The notes beneath the pieces were generated by a model that was not told the origin of the DNA, searched no databases, and saw only the letters and a list, made by a program, of their open reading frames with translations. Of a stretch of 29,396 nucleotides of DNA, positions 15,498-26,100 are shown piece after piece. The number at the start of each line of letters is the position of its first letter. Position 1 is the stretch's first letter. This DNA comes from a virus (Duplodnaviria > Caudoviricetes), in IMG/VR virus record IMGVR_UViG_3300044619_000148, positions 1-29,396 of that record; one strand, 5' to 3'. A program made the translations under genes and the position numbers.

Positions 15498-15524
15498 GGG
15501 GGAGCTTCGGCTCCCCTTTTTTTT
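15498..15524 (+). terminator. Intrinsic (T-phi-like) terminator after capsid gene
   Basis: GGGGAGC-TTCG-GCTCCCC stem with cUUCGg tetraloop followed by 8 T. Confidence 0.93.
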
Positions 15525-15541
15525 ATTCTTTGTGAACAGAG

Positions 15542-16159
15542 ATGCCCTTTCCTACTTATGCTGTGTCCACCGAACTGGATGCTGTAAATCAAATACTTAG
15601 CTCAGTGGGACAGGCTCCTGTCACCACCTTGGATCTTCAGAATCCTGAGGTATCTATTGTCCTTAACACACTTCGTGAAATAAACAAGCAGGTACAATCA
15701 GAAGGTTGGATTTTTAATACTGAACTGGATTATGAAATGATTCCAGATTCAACAACCAATGAGATTGCTTATCCGTACAACGTTCTACAGATGGATGCAA
15801 ATGTAGATAAACATAAAAACGATTACGATCTGGTTCGTCGTAGCGGTAAGTTGTATGACAGACTTAACCACACTTACCAATTCACTGAGACTATTCACGT
15901 TGATCTGGTTTGGTACTTTGATTTTACTGATGTACCTCCTGCTATTCAAGCGTACATCACTGCAAGGTCTGCACGGATGTGTGCTACCAAACTAATTGGT
16001 GACCAAGAAATCAACAAGCTTCTGGCTGAACAAGAAATCCTTACACGAGCTGGTGCTTTGGAATACGAATGTAACCAAGGTGACTATTCAATGTTTGGCT
16101 TTAAAAACGGTCATAACTATTACACAAGCTATCAACCTTACCAAGCTTTGATGCGATGA
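15542..16159 (+). CDS. Tail tubular protein A / adaptor (T7 gp11-like)
   Basis: TELDAVNQILSSVGQAPV and VQSEGWIFNTE motifs; follows capsid terminator. Confidence 0.93.
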   Translation: MPFPTYAVSTELDAVNQILSSVGQAPVTTLDLQNPEVSIVLNTLREINKQVQSEGWIFNTELDYEMIPDSTTNEIAYPYNVLQMDANVDKHKNDYDLVRRSGKLYDRLNHTYQFTETIHVDLVWYFDFTDVPPAIQAYITARSARMCATKLIGDQEINKLLAEQEILTRAGALEYECNQGDYSMFGFKNGHNYYTSYQPYQALMR

Positions 16160-19089
16160 GTACAATTTCCCAGAGAATCCCAAACCTATTTCTTGGTATC
16201 TCTCAACAACCTGATAGCAGGAAGTTTCCCGGTCAAGTCCGAGATGCTGAGAATACACTGCCTGACTTTGCGTTGGGTATGCTAAAGCGTCCCGGTGGTG
16301 AATACATTGAGTCGTTGACAAACGCTACCACCACTGGTCGTTGGTTTTCGATTCTTAGGGATGCTAGTGAGAAATATGTTGCTCAATATGCAAATAACAT
16401 ATTTCGTATCTGGAGTCTAGTCGATGGTTCCCCACGTGCTGTTAACATGGGAACCAATACTGGTGTACCTGGAACGTGTACCATAGCTAATGTAAAGACT
16501 ACATTGGCTAACTATAATACTGCTGTAGCTTTTACACTAACTAAGTTGACTGAGCTAAATGCTGCACAGTCTACCTACGCTGAAGTTCTTGCTGGTCAGA
16601 ATGCAACCACCGAGGAGTTATTTGATGTAAGGTATAACTATACTCTTCCTACTGCTCCTTATGCTTTTTATGACACTTACCTGTACTCAGGTATTATTAA
16701 AAATGCAGCAGGTGTTTACACCGTAAAGAACGCTGACACAGTGGTGTCTGTAAGCTCCTCCTTGCCCGCTGGATACAGCCTTGGTACCGAACGTACCGAA
16801 GAGCATACAAGGCTTGCTGCAGACGGTTACAGGGTCTTTACAGCGATACATGATGTAGCAGCTGTAAACACTGCAGGTCAATTGGCAACAGCACTGTCTG
16901 CCATGAACACAGCACAAACTAACTACAACAATGCTGTTACTGACGAAGCAACTAAGCTTGGTTTGTATAACACTCAAGTAGCTAATTGTGCTATCACTAC
17001 TGTTCCATCTAATGCTTACCTCAAAGATGCTGATCCATCAGACATTGAAGTACTGACTCTTAATGACTTTACATTTGTCTTGAACAAAGGTAAAACAGTA
17101 GCAATGGATGCAACAACTACTGCTGCTCTACCTCACCAGGCTTTGGTGGTTCTTGCTGTTGTAGGTAATGGTCATTATAAAATCTACCTTGATGGAACAC
17201 AACGAGCAACACATAACTCAGGTGCATCTAGTGATACAGATTCTATTCTCGATGACCTTGTTGGTGATATTCATAACCAAACTTTTGGTGGTAAAACATA
17301 CACTGCTGTAAGAGTTGGTCCTAGTATTTACATCACTTGTACAGCTGCGTTCTCTATTCAAGTATTAGGTGGACCAGCCCAAGAATCAATGTATGCTTTT
17401 CAGGATTCCATTTCAAGTGTTTCCTATTTGCCCTCACAGTCTAAAGATGGTTACGTTGTAAAAGTTATTAACTCTGCTGACGTTGACATTGATGATATGT
17501 GGCTGCAGTTTAATACTTCTGCTGCTGGAGCAACCTATGGTGTAGGTACCTGGGAAGAAACTGTTGGTCCTGGTATTACTTATAAGTTTGATCCGTTGAC
17601 TATGCCACACCAGTTGGTACGTCAGACTGATGGATCATTTACCTATGAACCTGTAACATGGGATGATCGGGTTATTGGTGATCTTAACACTAACCCTAAC
17701 CCCAGTTTTGTTGGATCACAAATCAAGCACATGTTCCTTTATCGGAATAGACTTGGTTTCTTGTCTAATGAAACAGTTACCTTGAGTAAAGCTGGTGACC
17801 TGTTTAACTTTTTCAATACTACAGCATTAGTAGCTACTGATGACGATCCGATTGATATTTCGGCATCGACTGCTAAACCTGTTACTTTGAATTATGTGCG
17901 GCCTACAGCTGTTGGTTTGATTCTGTTTGGTGATACTGAGCAGTTCTTGATGAGTACTGACTCTGACATTCTTAGCCCTAAAACCGCTAAGATTAACACC
18001 ATGTCGTCATACGAAAGTGATCCCAACATTGAAGCAATATCTACTGGTATTTCTACAAACTTCATTGCTAAGACACCTCTTTACACCAAAGTATTCAACC
18101 TACTTGATATACGAAATGATAGTCCGCCTTTAGCAGAAGAGCTGACGTATAACATTCCAGAGTTGATTCCAAGTACTGTTGATAGTTTTATTTCATCTGC
18201 AGCTGCATCTATTATTTCGCTTGGAACAATTGGTAGCAGTACAATCTATCAATACAGATTCCTGCAGCTAAATGAAAAGCGAGTTCAATCTTGGTATAAA
18301 TGGAATGTTGCTGGTACACTGCTGGATCAATTCTTTGATCAAAGCACTTACTATGCAGTTGTTGCTAATGGTTCTAAAGTTGACATTCAATCCTATAACC
18401 TCAGACAGTCTAGTGATGAGGGGTTCTTGACCCTTCCTACTGGGGAGAAAACTGATGTGTTCTTGGATTATTGGTCGATTAACCCTTACAGAACATATAA
18501 TGCTGGCACTGATACGACAAGGGTGTTCCTACCGTATGATATTGTATCTGGTAAGACATTCGTTGTTGTAGCATTGGGTGGTTACATTGGTAGTAACAAC
18601 CAAACTTCTAGTGAATCAGTTGGTGCTGTCCTGGAACCTACTGTTGCAGGTTCAACTGGTGCCTACTATGCAGACATTGATGGTGACTATCGTGGACGAG
18701 ATTTGATTATTGGATTCCAGTATCAGATGTTATTGGAACTACCTAAGTTTTTCCTCACCAAAAATGAAGGGAACTTTGTTAGTAGTGATCAAACTGCTGA
18801 TCTTGTTCTACACCGTATCAATGTGGCTACAGGTTTGAGTGGTCCTGTAACTTATGAGATTGATTTGACAGGTATTCCAACTTGGAATAACGTAGTGTCT
18901 ACCACTCTACCAAATACCTACGTTCTAAATAACGTTAACCTTTCCGCTAGTGCTGTTCACGTTGTACCTATTTACCAACGTAACCGTAATACTTCTATTA
19001 GAATCATTGGTGATACTCCATTCCCGGTGAGTCTGTTGGATATAACATGGGAAGGTAAGTACAGCAGCCGTTTCTACCGAGAAGGTTAA
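16156..19089 (+). CDS. Tail tubular protein B / nozzle (T7 gp12-like)
   Basis: GISQQPD, KRPG, NPNPSFVG, RNRLGFLS, DDDPID and WEGKY motifs; 977 aa. Confidence 0.94.
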   Translation: MSTISQRIPNLFLGISQQPDSRKFPGQVRDAENTLPDFALGMLKRPGGEYIESLTNATTTGRWFSILRDASEKYVAQYANNIFRIWSLVDGSPRAVNMGTNTGVPGTCTIANVKTTLANYNTAVAFTLTKLTELNAAQSTYAEVLAGQNATTEELFDVRYNYTLPTAPYAFYDTYLYSGIIKNAAGVYTVKNADTVVSVSSSLPAGYSLGTERTEEHTRLAADGYRVFTAIHDVAAVNTAGQLATALSAMNTAQTNYNNAVTDEATKLGLYNTQVANCAITTVPSNAYLKDADPSDIEVLTLNDFTFVLNKGKTVAMDATTTAALPHQALVVLAVVGNGHYKIYLDGTQRATHNSGASSDTDSILDDLVGDIHNQTFGGKTYTAVRVGPSIYITCTAAFSIQVLGGPAQESMYAFQDSISSVSYLPSQSKDGYVVKVINSADVDIDDMWLQFNTSAAGATYGVGTWEETVGPGITYKFDPLTMPHQLVRQTDGSFTYEPVTWDDRVIGDLNTNPNPSFVGSQIKHMFLYRNRLGFLSNETVTLSKAGDLFNFFNTTALVATDDDPIDISASTAKPVTLNYVRPTAVGLILFGDTEQFLMSTDSDILSPKTAKINTMSSYESDPNIEAISTGISTNFIAKTPLYTKVFNLLDIRNDSPPLAEELTYNIPELIPSTVDSFISSAAASIISLGTIGSSTIYQYRFLQLNEKRVQSWYKWNVAGTLLDQFFDQSTYYAVVANGSKVDIQSYNLRQSSDEGFLTLPTGEKTDVFLDYWSINPYRTYNAGTDTTRVFLPYDIVSGKTFVVVALGGYIGSNNQTSSESVGAVLEPTVAGSTGAYYADIDGDYRGRDLIIGFQYQMLLELPKFFLTKNEGNFVSSDQTADLVLHRINVATGLSGPVTYEIDLTGIPTWNNVVSTTLPNTYVLNNVNLSASAVHVVPIYQRNRNTSIRIIGDTPFPVSLLDITWEGKYSSRFYREG

Positions 19090-19091
19090 CC

Positions 19092-19544
19092 ATGAGCAAT
19101 TCCACCCACGGGTTCAGCGTCAGACCTGCAACCTTAGAAGATGTACCTGTGATAGCAAAGGATCTATTAGAAGAAGGTATCGAAGATTTTTATAGGGCTG
19201 GTAAACATCCAGTCCTTTGTATAGCTAATGCTGTACTTTATGGTAATCCCTTACTTTTAATTAGTCCCGACAACAAACCTGCTGCGTTATTTGGTGTTGA
19301 TGATTATGGGTGCATATGGATGAACATGACACATGAGATCCGTAAACACCCTAAATCATTTATCAAATGGGCTAGAGAGTTTGTTAAAACTTTGGGACCA
19401 ATGCTTTGGAACCGAGTAGATATTCAGAACAATAATCTAAGAAAGTTCTTGAGACTTATTGGTTTCAAGGTTATTAACGTCGTTCTGTGCGACACAAGAA
19501 ACATCTATTACGTGGAATTTGCAAAGGTAAATTATGGCATTTGA
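19092..19544 (+). CDS. T7 gp13-like protein (internal virion protein A position, acetyltransferase-like fold)
   Basis: Position after nozzle; VRPATLED start and LWNRVD..N...RKFLRLIGF pattern. Confidence 0.7.
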   Translation: MSNSTHGFSVRPATLEDVPVIAKDLLEEGIEDFYRAGKHPVLCIANAVLYGNPLLLISPDNKPAALFGVDDYGCIWMNMTHEIRKHPKSFIKWAREFVKTLGPMLWNRVDIQNNNLRKFLRLIGFKVINVVLCDTRNIYYVEFAKVNYGI

Positions 19545-20310
19545 ACCGATAAGCGCCAGTATTATGGCTGGTCTTAGTATCGGCCAATCCCTGCTTGGGT
19601 CTAGCTCCGCAAGTGCACAACGTCAGCAAGAGTACGAAGCTGAAAAGGGTCGGGTTCAGCGTCAAAATGCGTTGAACATGCAACTGATCTCGGCAGCTAA
19701 TAAGCGTACTGCCGATATTTACGGTTATCAAACAGGTCGTTTCCAGCAGAACCTGGGCTTTATTCAAGAAGACTATGCACGTGCTGGTGAGGACATTCAA
19801 CGTGAATTGGGGCAAGCATTTGCTCAGTCTGCTTATTCTAGGCAAGGACAACTAGCAGCTCTTTCTCAAGCTGTTGGTTATAACCGCGCTGCTTTTGAAG
19901 GAACAAGTCGTTCTAGGCAACGTGCTGATGTTATGGGAACTCTTGGTGTATTTGGTCGTAATGCAGCCATGGAAGCTGAAAGGCTCGTTGGTGTTGTTGG
20001 CCAAGCTGGTCGAACCAAGCAGGCGCTTGGTAGGCAAGCAACTCAATCTATTTTTGGTGCTTATGGAGATCTTGGTATTCTCCCAGAGTTGCAACAATTT
20101 ACTCCAATAGAAATGCCCAGCAAACCATTCCAACCTAATGCTGGCCTAACTATTGCCAGTGCTTTGGCTGGTGGTGCAGCAAGTTTCTTCTCCGCTGGAT
20201 CTCCTTTTAAAGGTGGTGGTGGCGGTGGTGGTGGTACTACGTTCGGTAGTTCTAACTTAAGCAGCACCAATGTTGGAGCTTATGCAGCAGGAGCACCCAA
20301 GTTTTTCTAA
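19534..20310 (+). CDS. Internal virion (ejection) protein, gp14-like
   Basis: Synteny; hydrophobic G/A/S-rich ends, Q/R-rich helical middle, poly-Gly near the C-terminus. Confidence 0.7.
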   Translation: MAFEPISASIMAGLSIGQSLLGSSSASAQRQQEYEAEKGRVQRQNALNMQLISAANKRTADIYGYQTGRFQQNLGFIQEDYARAGEDIQRELGQAFAQSAYSRQGQLAALSQAVGYNRAAFEGTSRSRQRADVMGTLGVFGRNAAMEAERLVGVVGQAGRTKQALGRQATQSIFGAYGDLGILPELQQFTPIEMPSKPFQPNAGLTIASALAGGAASFFSAGSPFKGGGGGGGGTTFGSSNLSSTNVGAYAAGAPKFF

Positions 20311-20316
20311 TAAGCC

Positions 20317-23193
20317 ATGGCACAATCTAAAGAACTACAACTACAACAAGGCTATCAAAGTCCAATAGAACGCCAAGGGTTTAATCCACTCCAACTCACT
20401 GATCAAACCGACCAACTTGAGCGTAACAAACAAGTTGAACTTTCTAACATTAAAACTGCTGGAGATGCTGCTGATCAAACAGCTCGGCTTCAGGATTTGG
20501 CTAGCAGATTAAACCTGGAAGAAAGCGCCAAGGTGGTTCAATTCTCTGAATCACTTGGTAAGGTTGTTCAAGCTGGTGTAACGATGTACGCTGAGGCTGG
20601 CATTGAACGAGGCATGAATAAAGCCTTGGAACTTGGTTCTCCATTTGAAGAGCAGCAAAAATGGACTGAATCACTTAATAAAGCCAAGCTACATGATGCA
20701 GCTACGTTGACTGTTGCTAATGATTCACTTGCTCAAGGTGAACCATTTGAAGTAGCCAATATGTATAAGAAGCTTGGTTACTACGAAAAGATTGGTTTTA
20801 CCCGAGCTATGGCTAGTCAAGCCGGGCATGAGTATAAACCTTGGATGCAGGAGCAGCTTCAGAATAACGATACTCTACAGATTAAGCTTCAAGATGGTAC
20901 TGTCTTTACTCCCAAAGATAGTGGTGCTGATCCAATTAGACGCGCACAAGCTATTCGTGCTTTAAATTCTGAGTTCTTCAGAACATACGGACTTGTAGGT
21001 GTCAACACAACTCTTCTTAATGAAAGCGCATTTCCTTTGATGCGAGCAGCTCGCACCGAATTGATCGGTGACGCACGGTTTGAGTATGCTCAGAACGAAT
21101 CATTTAAAGCCAGGGAACTTGCTGACGCTGACCTTATGACAGATAAGGATCCGTTGTCATGGGTTCGCAGAATGGCTGCAACTGTTGATGCTCGTGGTAA
21201 TCACCTTGGGATGCGTGGAGCTTGGTCAGAGTTTTGGAAGCATCTTGGTAATCTAGACAAGTCCGGTAAACTGGACCTGGATACTTACAATCAAATCAAA
21301 AACACAGTTGATCCTGAGTCCACTAAAACCGTTGGTAAGCGTTGGGAAACTCAATTCGCTCTTTTTGATAAGGAACGTGCAGCTAATGCACGTGCTAACT
21401 TTGCTGCTGATGAAGCTGATCGTGACATGCAAGCCAAACAAGGTGAGCAGGTACTTGAGAAGTATTTTCAAGATAATCCCAACGAAGCTACTGAAGCAAA
21501 CATTAAAGGTGCTCAACAGGAGTTCTTTAATCGGTACGGTAAAGAAAGTTCTTATCTTAAAACCCTTGAATCTACCTATGGTATGGATGCTCGGGCTAAG
21601 GACGAGCTAAATGATCGTTTTGAAAAGCTTGCTGAGCAAAACCTTCTTACTACTGAAAGTGTTGCTCAGGCTCCTTGGGACATTCAAACCAAATGGATGT
21701 CTGCTGCTAAAGCACAGGAAGGTGCACGTTCTACGTCTGGTCAATTCAAAGATAAACTGAAGGCTATCGAGAATCACGTTAAAACTGATCCTCGTGTCAA
21801 GCTTTCTGTTGATGGTTCTACCAGCGGTATGACTACTCTTGTGATTGGTGAACTTCAAGCTAAGTTCAATCGCAAGGTATCTGAGTACGTTGGTGCTGGC
21901 ATGAATGTTACTCAAGCAGCCAACCAAGCAGTCACCGAAGTGATGACTGAGTTTGATGCTGGTGGTCGTTATGCTTTGGATAGGACTGGTAAATTCTCTA
22001 GTTTCTCACTTGGTAACGCTAAAACTTCTGCTGCTATCAACCTTAAACTCAACAGGATCCGCTCATCCATTGCTGGTGGTGGTAAATCCTCACTGAATAA
22101 GAAGCCTGGTCTTATCTTTGATTCTGCAGAACTCACTGCAATAGAAGAGAACTATGGTCAAGCTGGATGGAAGATGCCACTTGAAGCACAATACTGGGGA
22201 TCTGAACTTGGTATCAGTGGTCTTGAGGTTATCAACCGTCAACGTGATGCTGCAGGTATGAGGCCGTTGATTACTCCTCAATCAATGGAAGTAGCTAATA
22301 CTGCTATGTCCACTCAGATGCGGGCACTGCTTAATCGTCTACCCACATATAACCGCGCTGTACGGGCTCTGAGCAGCATGGGAAGCTTCCAAGCTGCTGT
22401 GGTACCTAAAGGCTTCGGAAACGCCGTACAGAAGGCTGCAGCGGCCAATGGCATTGATCCTGCAATTCTTACTGGTATTCTTGAAGTAGAGTCTGGTTGG
22501 CGTGATGATGTCATCTATGGTCGGACTAAATCTAGTGCAGGTGCTAGGGGCATTGCTCAAATCATGCCGGAGTATCATCCTGGTGTTAACTATGATGATC
22601 CTGTAGCTAGCATTAACTATGCAGCTAAACATCTCAAAGGTTTGATTGCTGCTACTGGCGGTGATGTAAACCGTGCTATTCAAGCTTATAACTCTGGATT
22701 AGGTGGTATTGGTAAATCTCAAGAGAATAGGGACTATCTTCCTAAAGTTTTGAAGTCTGCTGCTAAGTATGGCTACGGTCAAGCTTGGCGTGATCCCAAC
22801 ACCATGCGTCCTTCCGTTGTCTATAAGATTGGTAGTCTTGGATATGGATCTACGGGTCCACATCTTGATTTAAAACGAGTTCAACAAGGGGGAACTACTA
22901 CCACTGGTTTATCTCAGATTAAACCTAATGAAGTTGATGACTTTGTGGAAGTCAACGTCAATGGTAAGTGGAAGTCCCTTTCTAAAGGAACTACAATCAC
23001 TGACACCGAATCACGGCATAGAGCACGTGGTTCGTATGGCATGGATTATGCAGCACCATCTGGTACGCCAGTGAGGCTGAAAAATGGAGCACAAGTTGTT
23101 GAGTCATTTAAAGGTCAAGGTGGTACTGACCATCTGATCATTGAACTACCTGACGGCAGACGGTTCCAATTCTTACATGGTACAAAAGTGTAA
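20317..23193 (+). CDS. Internal virion protein (gp15-like) with SLT lytic transglycosylase and C-terminal M23-like domain
   Basis: Synteny; SLT motifs GIDPAILTGILEVES, AGARGIAQIMP, AYNSG; STGPHL and GMDYAAPSGTPV at the C-terminus. Confidence 0.85.
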   Translation: MAQSKELQLQQGYQSPIERQGFNPLQLTDQTDQLERNKQVELSNIKTAGDAADQTARLQDLASRLNLEESAKVVQFSESLGKVVQAGVTMYAEAGIERGMNKALELGSPFEEQQKWTESLNKAKLHDAATLTVANDSLAQGEPFEVANMYKKLGYYEKIGFTRAMASQAGHEYKPWMQEQLQNNDTLQIKLQDGTVFTPKDSGADPIRRAQAIRALNSEFFRTYGLVGVNTTLLNESAFPLMRAARTELIGDARFEYAQNESFKARELADADLMTDKDPLSWVRRMAATVDARGNHLGMRGAWSEFWKHLGNLDKSGKLDLDTYNQIKNTVDPESTKTVGKRWETQFALFDKERAANARANFAADEADRDMQAKQGEQVLEKYFQDNPNEATEANIKGAQQEFFNRYGKESSYLKTLESTYGMDARAKDELNDRFEKLAEQNLLTTESVAQAPWDIQTKWMSAAKAQEGARSTSGQFKDKLKAIENHVKTDPRVKLSVDGSTSGMTTLVIGELQAKFNRKVSEYVGAGMNVTQAANQAVTEVMTEFDAGGRYALDRTGKFSSFSLGNAKTSAAINLKLNRIRSSIAGGGKSSLNKKPGLIFDSAELTAIEENYGQAGWKMPLEAQYWGSELGISGLEVINRQRDAAGMRPLITPQSMEVANTAMSTQMRALLNRLPTYNRAVRALSSMGSFQAAVVPKGFGNAVQKAAAANGIDPAILTGILEVESGWRDDVIYGRTKSSAGARGIAQIMPEYHPGVNYDDPVASINYAAKHLKGLIAATGGDVNRAIQAYNSGLGGIGKSQENRDYLPKVLKSAAKYGYGQAWRDPNTMRPSVVYKIGSLGYGSTGPHLDLKRVQQGGTTTTGLSQIKPNEVDDFVEVNVNGKWKSLSKGTTITDTESRHRARGSYGMDYAAPSGTPVRLKNGAQVVESFKGQGGTDHLIIELPDGRRFQFLHGTKV

Positions 23194-23196
23194 AAA

Positions 23197-26100
23197 ATGT
23201 ACAATCCTTACGAGGACTTTAACGCCAAAGATGAGCCTTTGAGTGATGATATTAAAAATCAATTGCTCCAAAAAAAGGCTCAGTCCGAACAAACTGTTAT
23301 GAACATGCAGGCAGCCGAACAAGCTGCCAAGCAATCCACTGCTACTGCTACTGGTACGTCTGGTACGCAGCAGCCTGCACAAACTCAAAAAGAACCTCAG
23401 AAAGAAGAGCCAACTAATCTTGTTCAAGATATTGCTGAGGGTGCCTTAGCAGTCCCTACTGGGGCTGTTGATTGGGCAGTAGATTTGTACAACGTACTTC
23501 CTACTCCTGATCTTCCTAAGATTCCTAAGTTTAAGAATGAACTGTTTCAAGCGGCTCGTGAGATCTCTTCCTTTGTAGTCCCTACTGTCTTTATTACCCG
23601 TGGTTTGGGAGGAGCTGCTTCAGCTGCTAACGCCAAGGTTAAATGGGAGATGGGTAAGAGTGCATTGGTTAAGTGGTTAGGTGAAGCTGGTATTGCAGCG
23701 GGTTCTGGTGCATTTGTTGATGCTACCAATAAACTTAACGAGACCGACGATAACCTTCAGGGTAGTCTGAAGAAGATGTTCCCTAAAACCTTTAGTTGGA
23801 TCTCTGATGATTGGGCTACTGTTGATGGTGATTCCCCGGATGTAATCCGTGCTAAGAACATCAACGAAGGCGTTGGTCTTGGTATTTTTACCGACCTACT
23901 TGTAGGTGCAGGTAAACTGATTCGTGCAACACAAAAGACTAAAGAAGCTACCAGCTTTATTCCTTTGGATGAAAAAGCGGTTAACTTCAAAAAGCAACAG
24001 GAAACCGGAACGGTTACTGTTGAAGATGAAGTGCTTGAATCTGCTGGTCGTCGGGAAGAACTCCTTGATGAACGAGCTGATTATGGTATCGCTAACAATA
24101 AAGAGGGTGCTTATCTTGGTATCCACGATGTATTTGATTCTGATGAAGCAGGTGTACGTGGTGTAGACTCCATGGGAGTTGTAGGTGCTGGTATTGACCA
24201 AGTGCGTATCGCTAATAACTACGGTACTGTGTACGGTAGACTTCGTAACTTCCTTTCTGAACCTGCAGCTAAGTATGTTCTTCGGACTTCTGATCCTGCT
24301 ACGTTTGATGAAGTTGATGACGCACTGAAGCAAGCCTTTGACTCTGCCGGTAAGTACAAAGTAATGCTTGGCGACGAAGCTACCATTACTTATAAAGATG
24401 TAGTTGCAGAAGGAGATAACCTTAGTAAAGTTCTTCTAGATCCTCGTATGGATGTAGAGGAAATGAGGAAGGTCTTTAAAGAGTTCTCTGATACTGTTGA
24501 TGGTACTGAACGGCTTTCTGTTGGTACTAAGGGTGACATTGCTTTTGCTGGTTCTCTGCAAGCTCTTCGCACCTTGCGTGATGAATACATCAACCTTGAT
24601 ACTGTTCGTGTACAAAGCTATCTTGCTACTTCATTGGCTGGTCAGGTCTCTGACCTTGCTGAAGGTGCACGTCTTATGGGTGGTACCGGTGCTATTGAAC
24701 GTGCTCAGGAACAGATCCTTGATAAGATTGAATACCTTACTGTTGTACAGGGTAGAGCCAAGCAACTGCGTGGTCAGGGTTTGAATAGCCTTAAACAGAT
24801 CTATGCTCATCTTAATGAGAAAGATTATGATAAGGTACAACGAATGGTTGATAGCTTCAACGAAACCAAGAAAGCTACCGACCAAGAAATTATTGACCGT
24901 GCTAAGCGTACTGCTGATACACTGCGTCAAGTATCAAAGGAACGTCCTGAATACCTTAAGCCTCTTCAAATGGCTTGGGAGTTTACTGACGGTAACATTG
25001 ATACTATGGCTAAGCTGAACAGGTATGTTGATCAAAGCCTGGGGGACTGGTTCCCCAAGTTCTTTGTTGATGGTAATCCTGAGATGCCTAACGTTATTGT
25101 GCAGGGTATGTGGAGTAATATCTACAACTCTGTTCTTACGTCTGTGTCTACCCCATTGAAAGCTGGTTTTGCTAACGCAGCTCTGTTGCTTGAGAAACCT
25201 ATTACCGTGCTTGGTGGTGCTATCGTTGGTGGTGATGTTAAAACTCTGAAGCGTGGGTGGTATCAATACTCAGCCTTTGCTGATACCTTCCAAAAAGGTT
25301 TGACACACATGACTGATGTCTACCGTAAAGCTGCAACAGATCCTACTTCTGTTGGGTACATCATGCGTGATGACCTTGTGAAGAAGAATGAAAATACAAT
25401 GGATATTCTCCATTCGTATGCTATGGCTTCTCAACAACGAGGTAACGAAGGTCCTATGGCTCTGTACCATAAGGCTGAAGCTCTCAACGATATGGCCAAT
25501 AATCCGTGGCTTCGGTTTGGTCCTAATGCTATGACGGCATTGGATGGTTTTGCACGGGCTATGATTGCCAACGCTGAAGTACGTGGACGTATCTATGATA
25601 AGTTCATTGATGGTGGCAGGAAGCTTGATGCTGATGGTATTAAAAAAGCTTTGGATGATCAATACAACGAGATGTTTGATTCCTCCGGGATGATTACAAA
25701 CAAAGCTGTTGATTATGCTAGCCGTGAGATTGCTATGAACCTGGACAGCCCTGCTGTTGATGGTTTGTCCCGTCTTATTGACCAGTATCCTGCTATGAAA
25801 CCCTTCCTGATGTTTCCACGCACGAGTGTGAACATTCTGGATATGGCTAATAAGCACAGTCCTATTTCTATCTTTGCTAAAGAATACAACGAGATTGCCT
25901 ACAAACCACTCAGCAACTTTACTGTTGATGAGGTTGAGTCTATTCTTACTAAGCGTGGCTTGCCCGTTGATGAGAATATGATGGATACATTCAGCACCCT
26001 TCGTGCTGAGGTACGTGGACGTAAAGCTGTTGGCACCATCACTATGATGACTGCTGGTGCTATGTTCCTCAATGGTGGTCTGCGTGGCAACGGTCATTAC

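Noticed and set aside
15440-15500. T7 10B-like capsid frameshift extension
   Set aside because: No clear slippery heptamer near the stop, and a strong terminator follows within ~20 nt, leaving no room for an extension domain.
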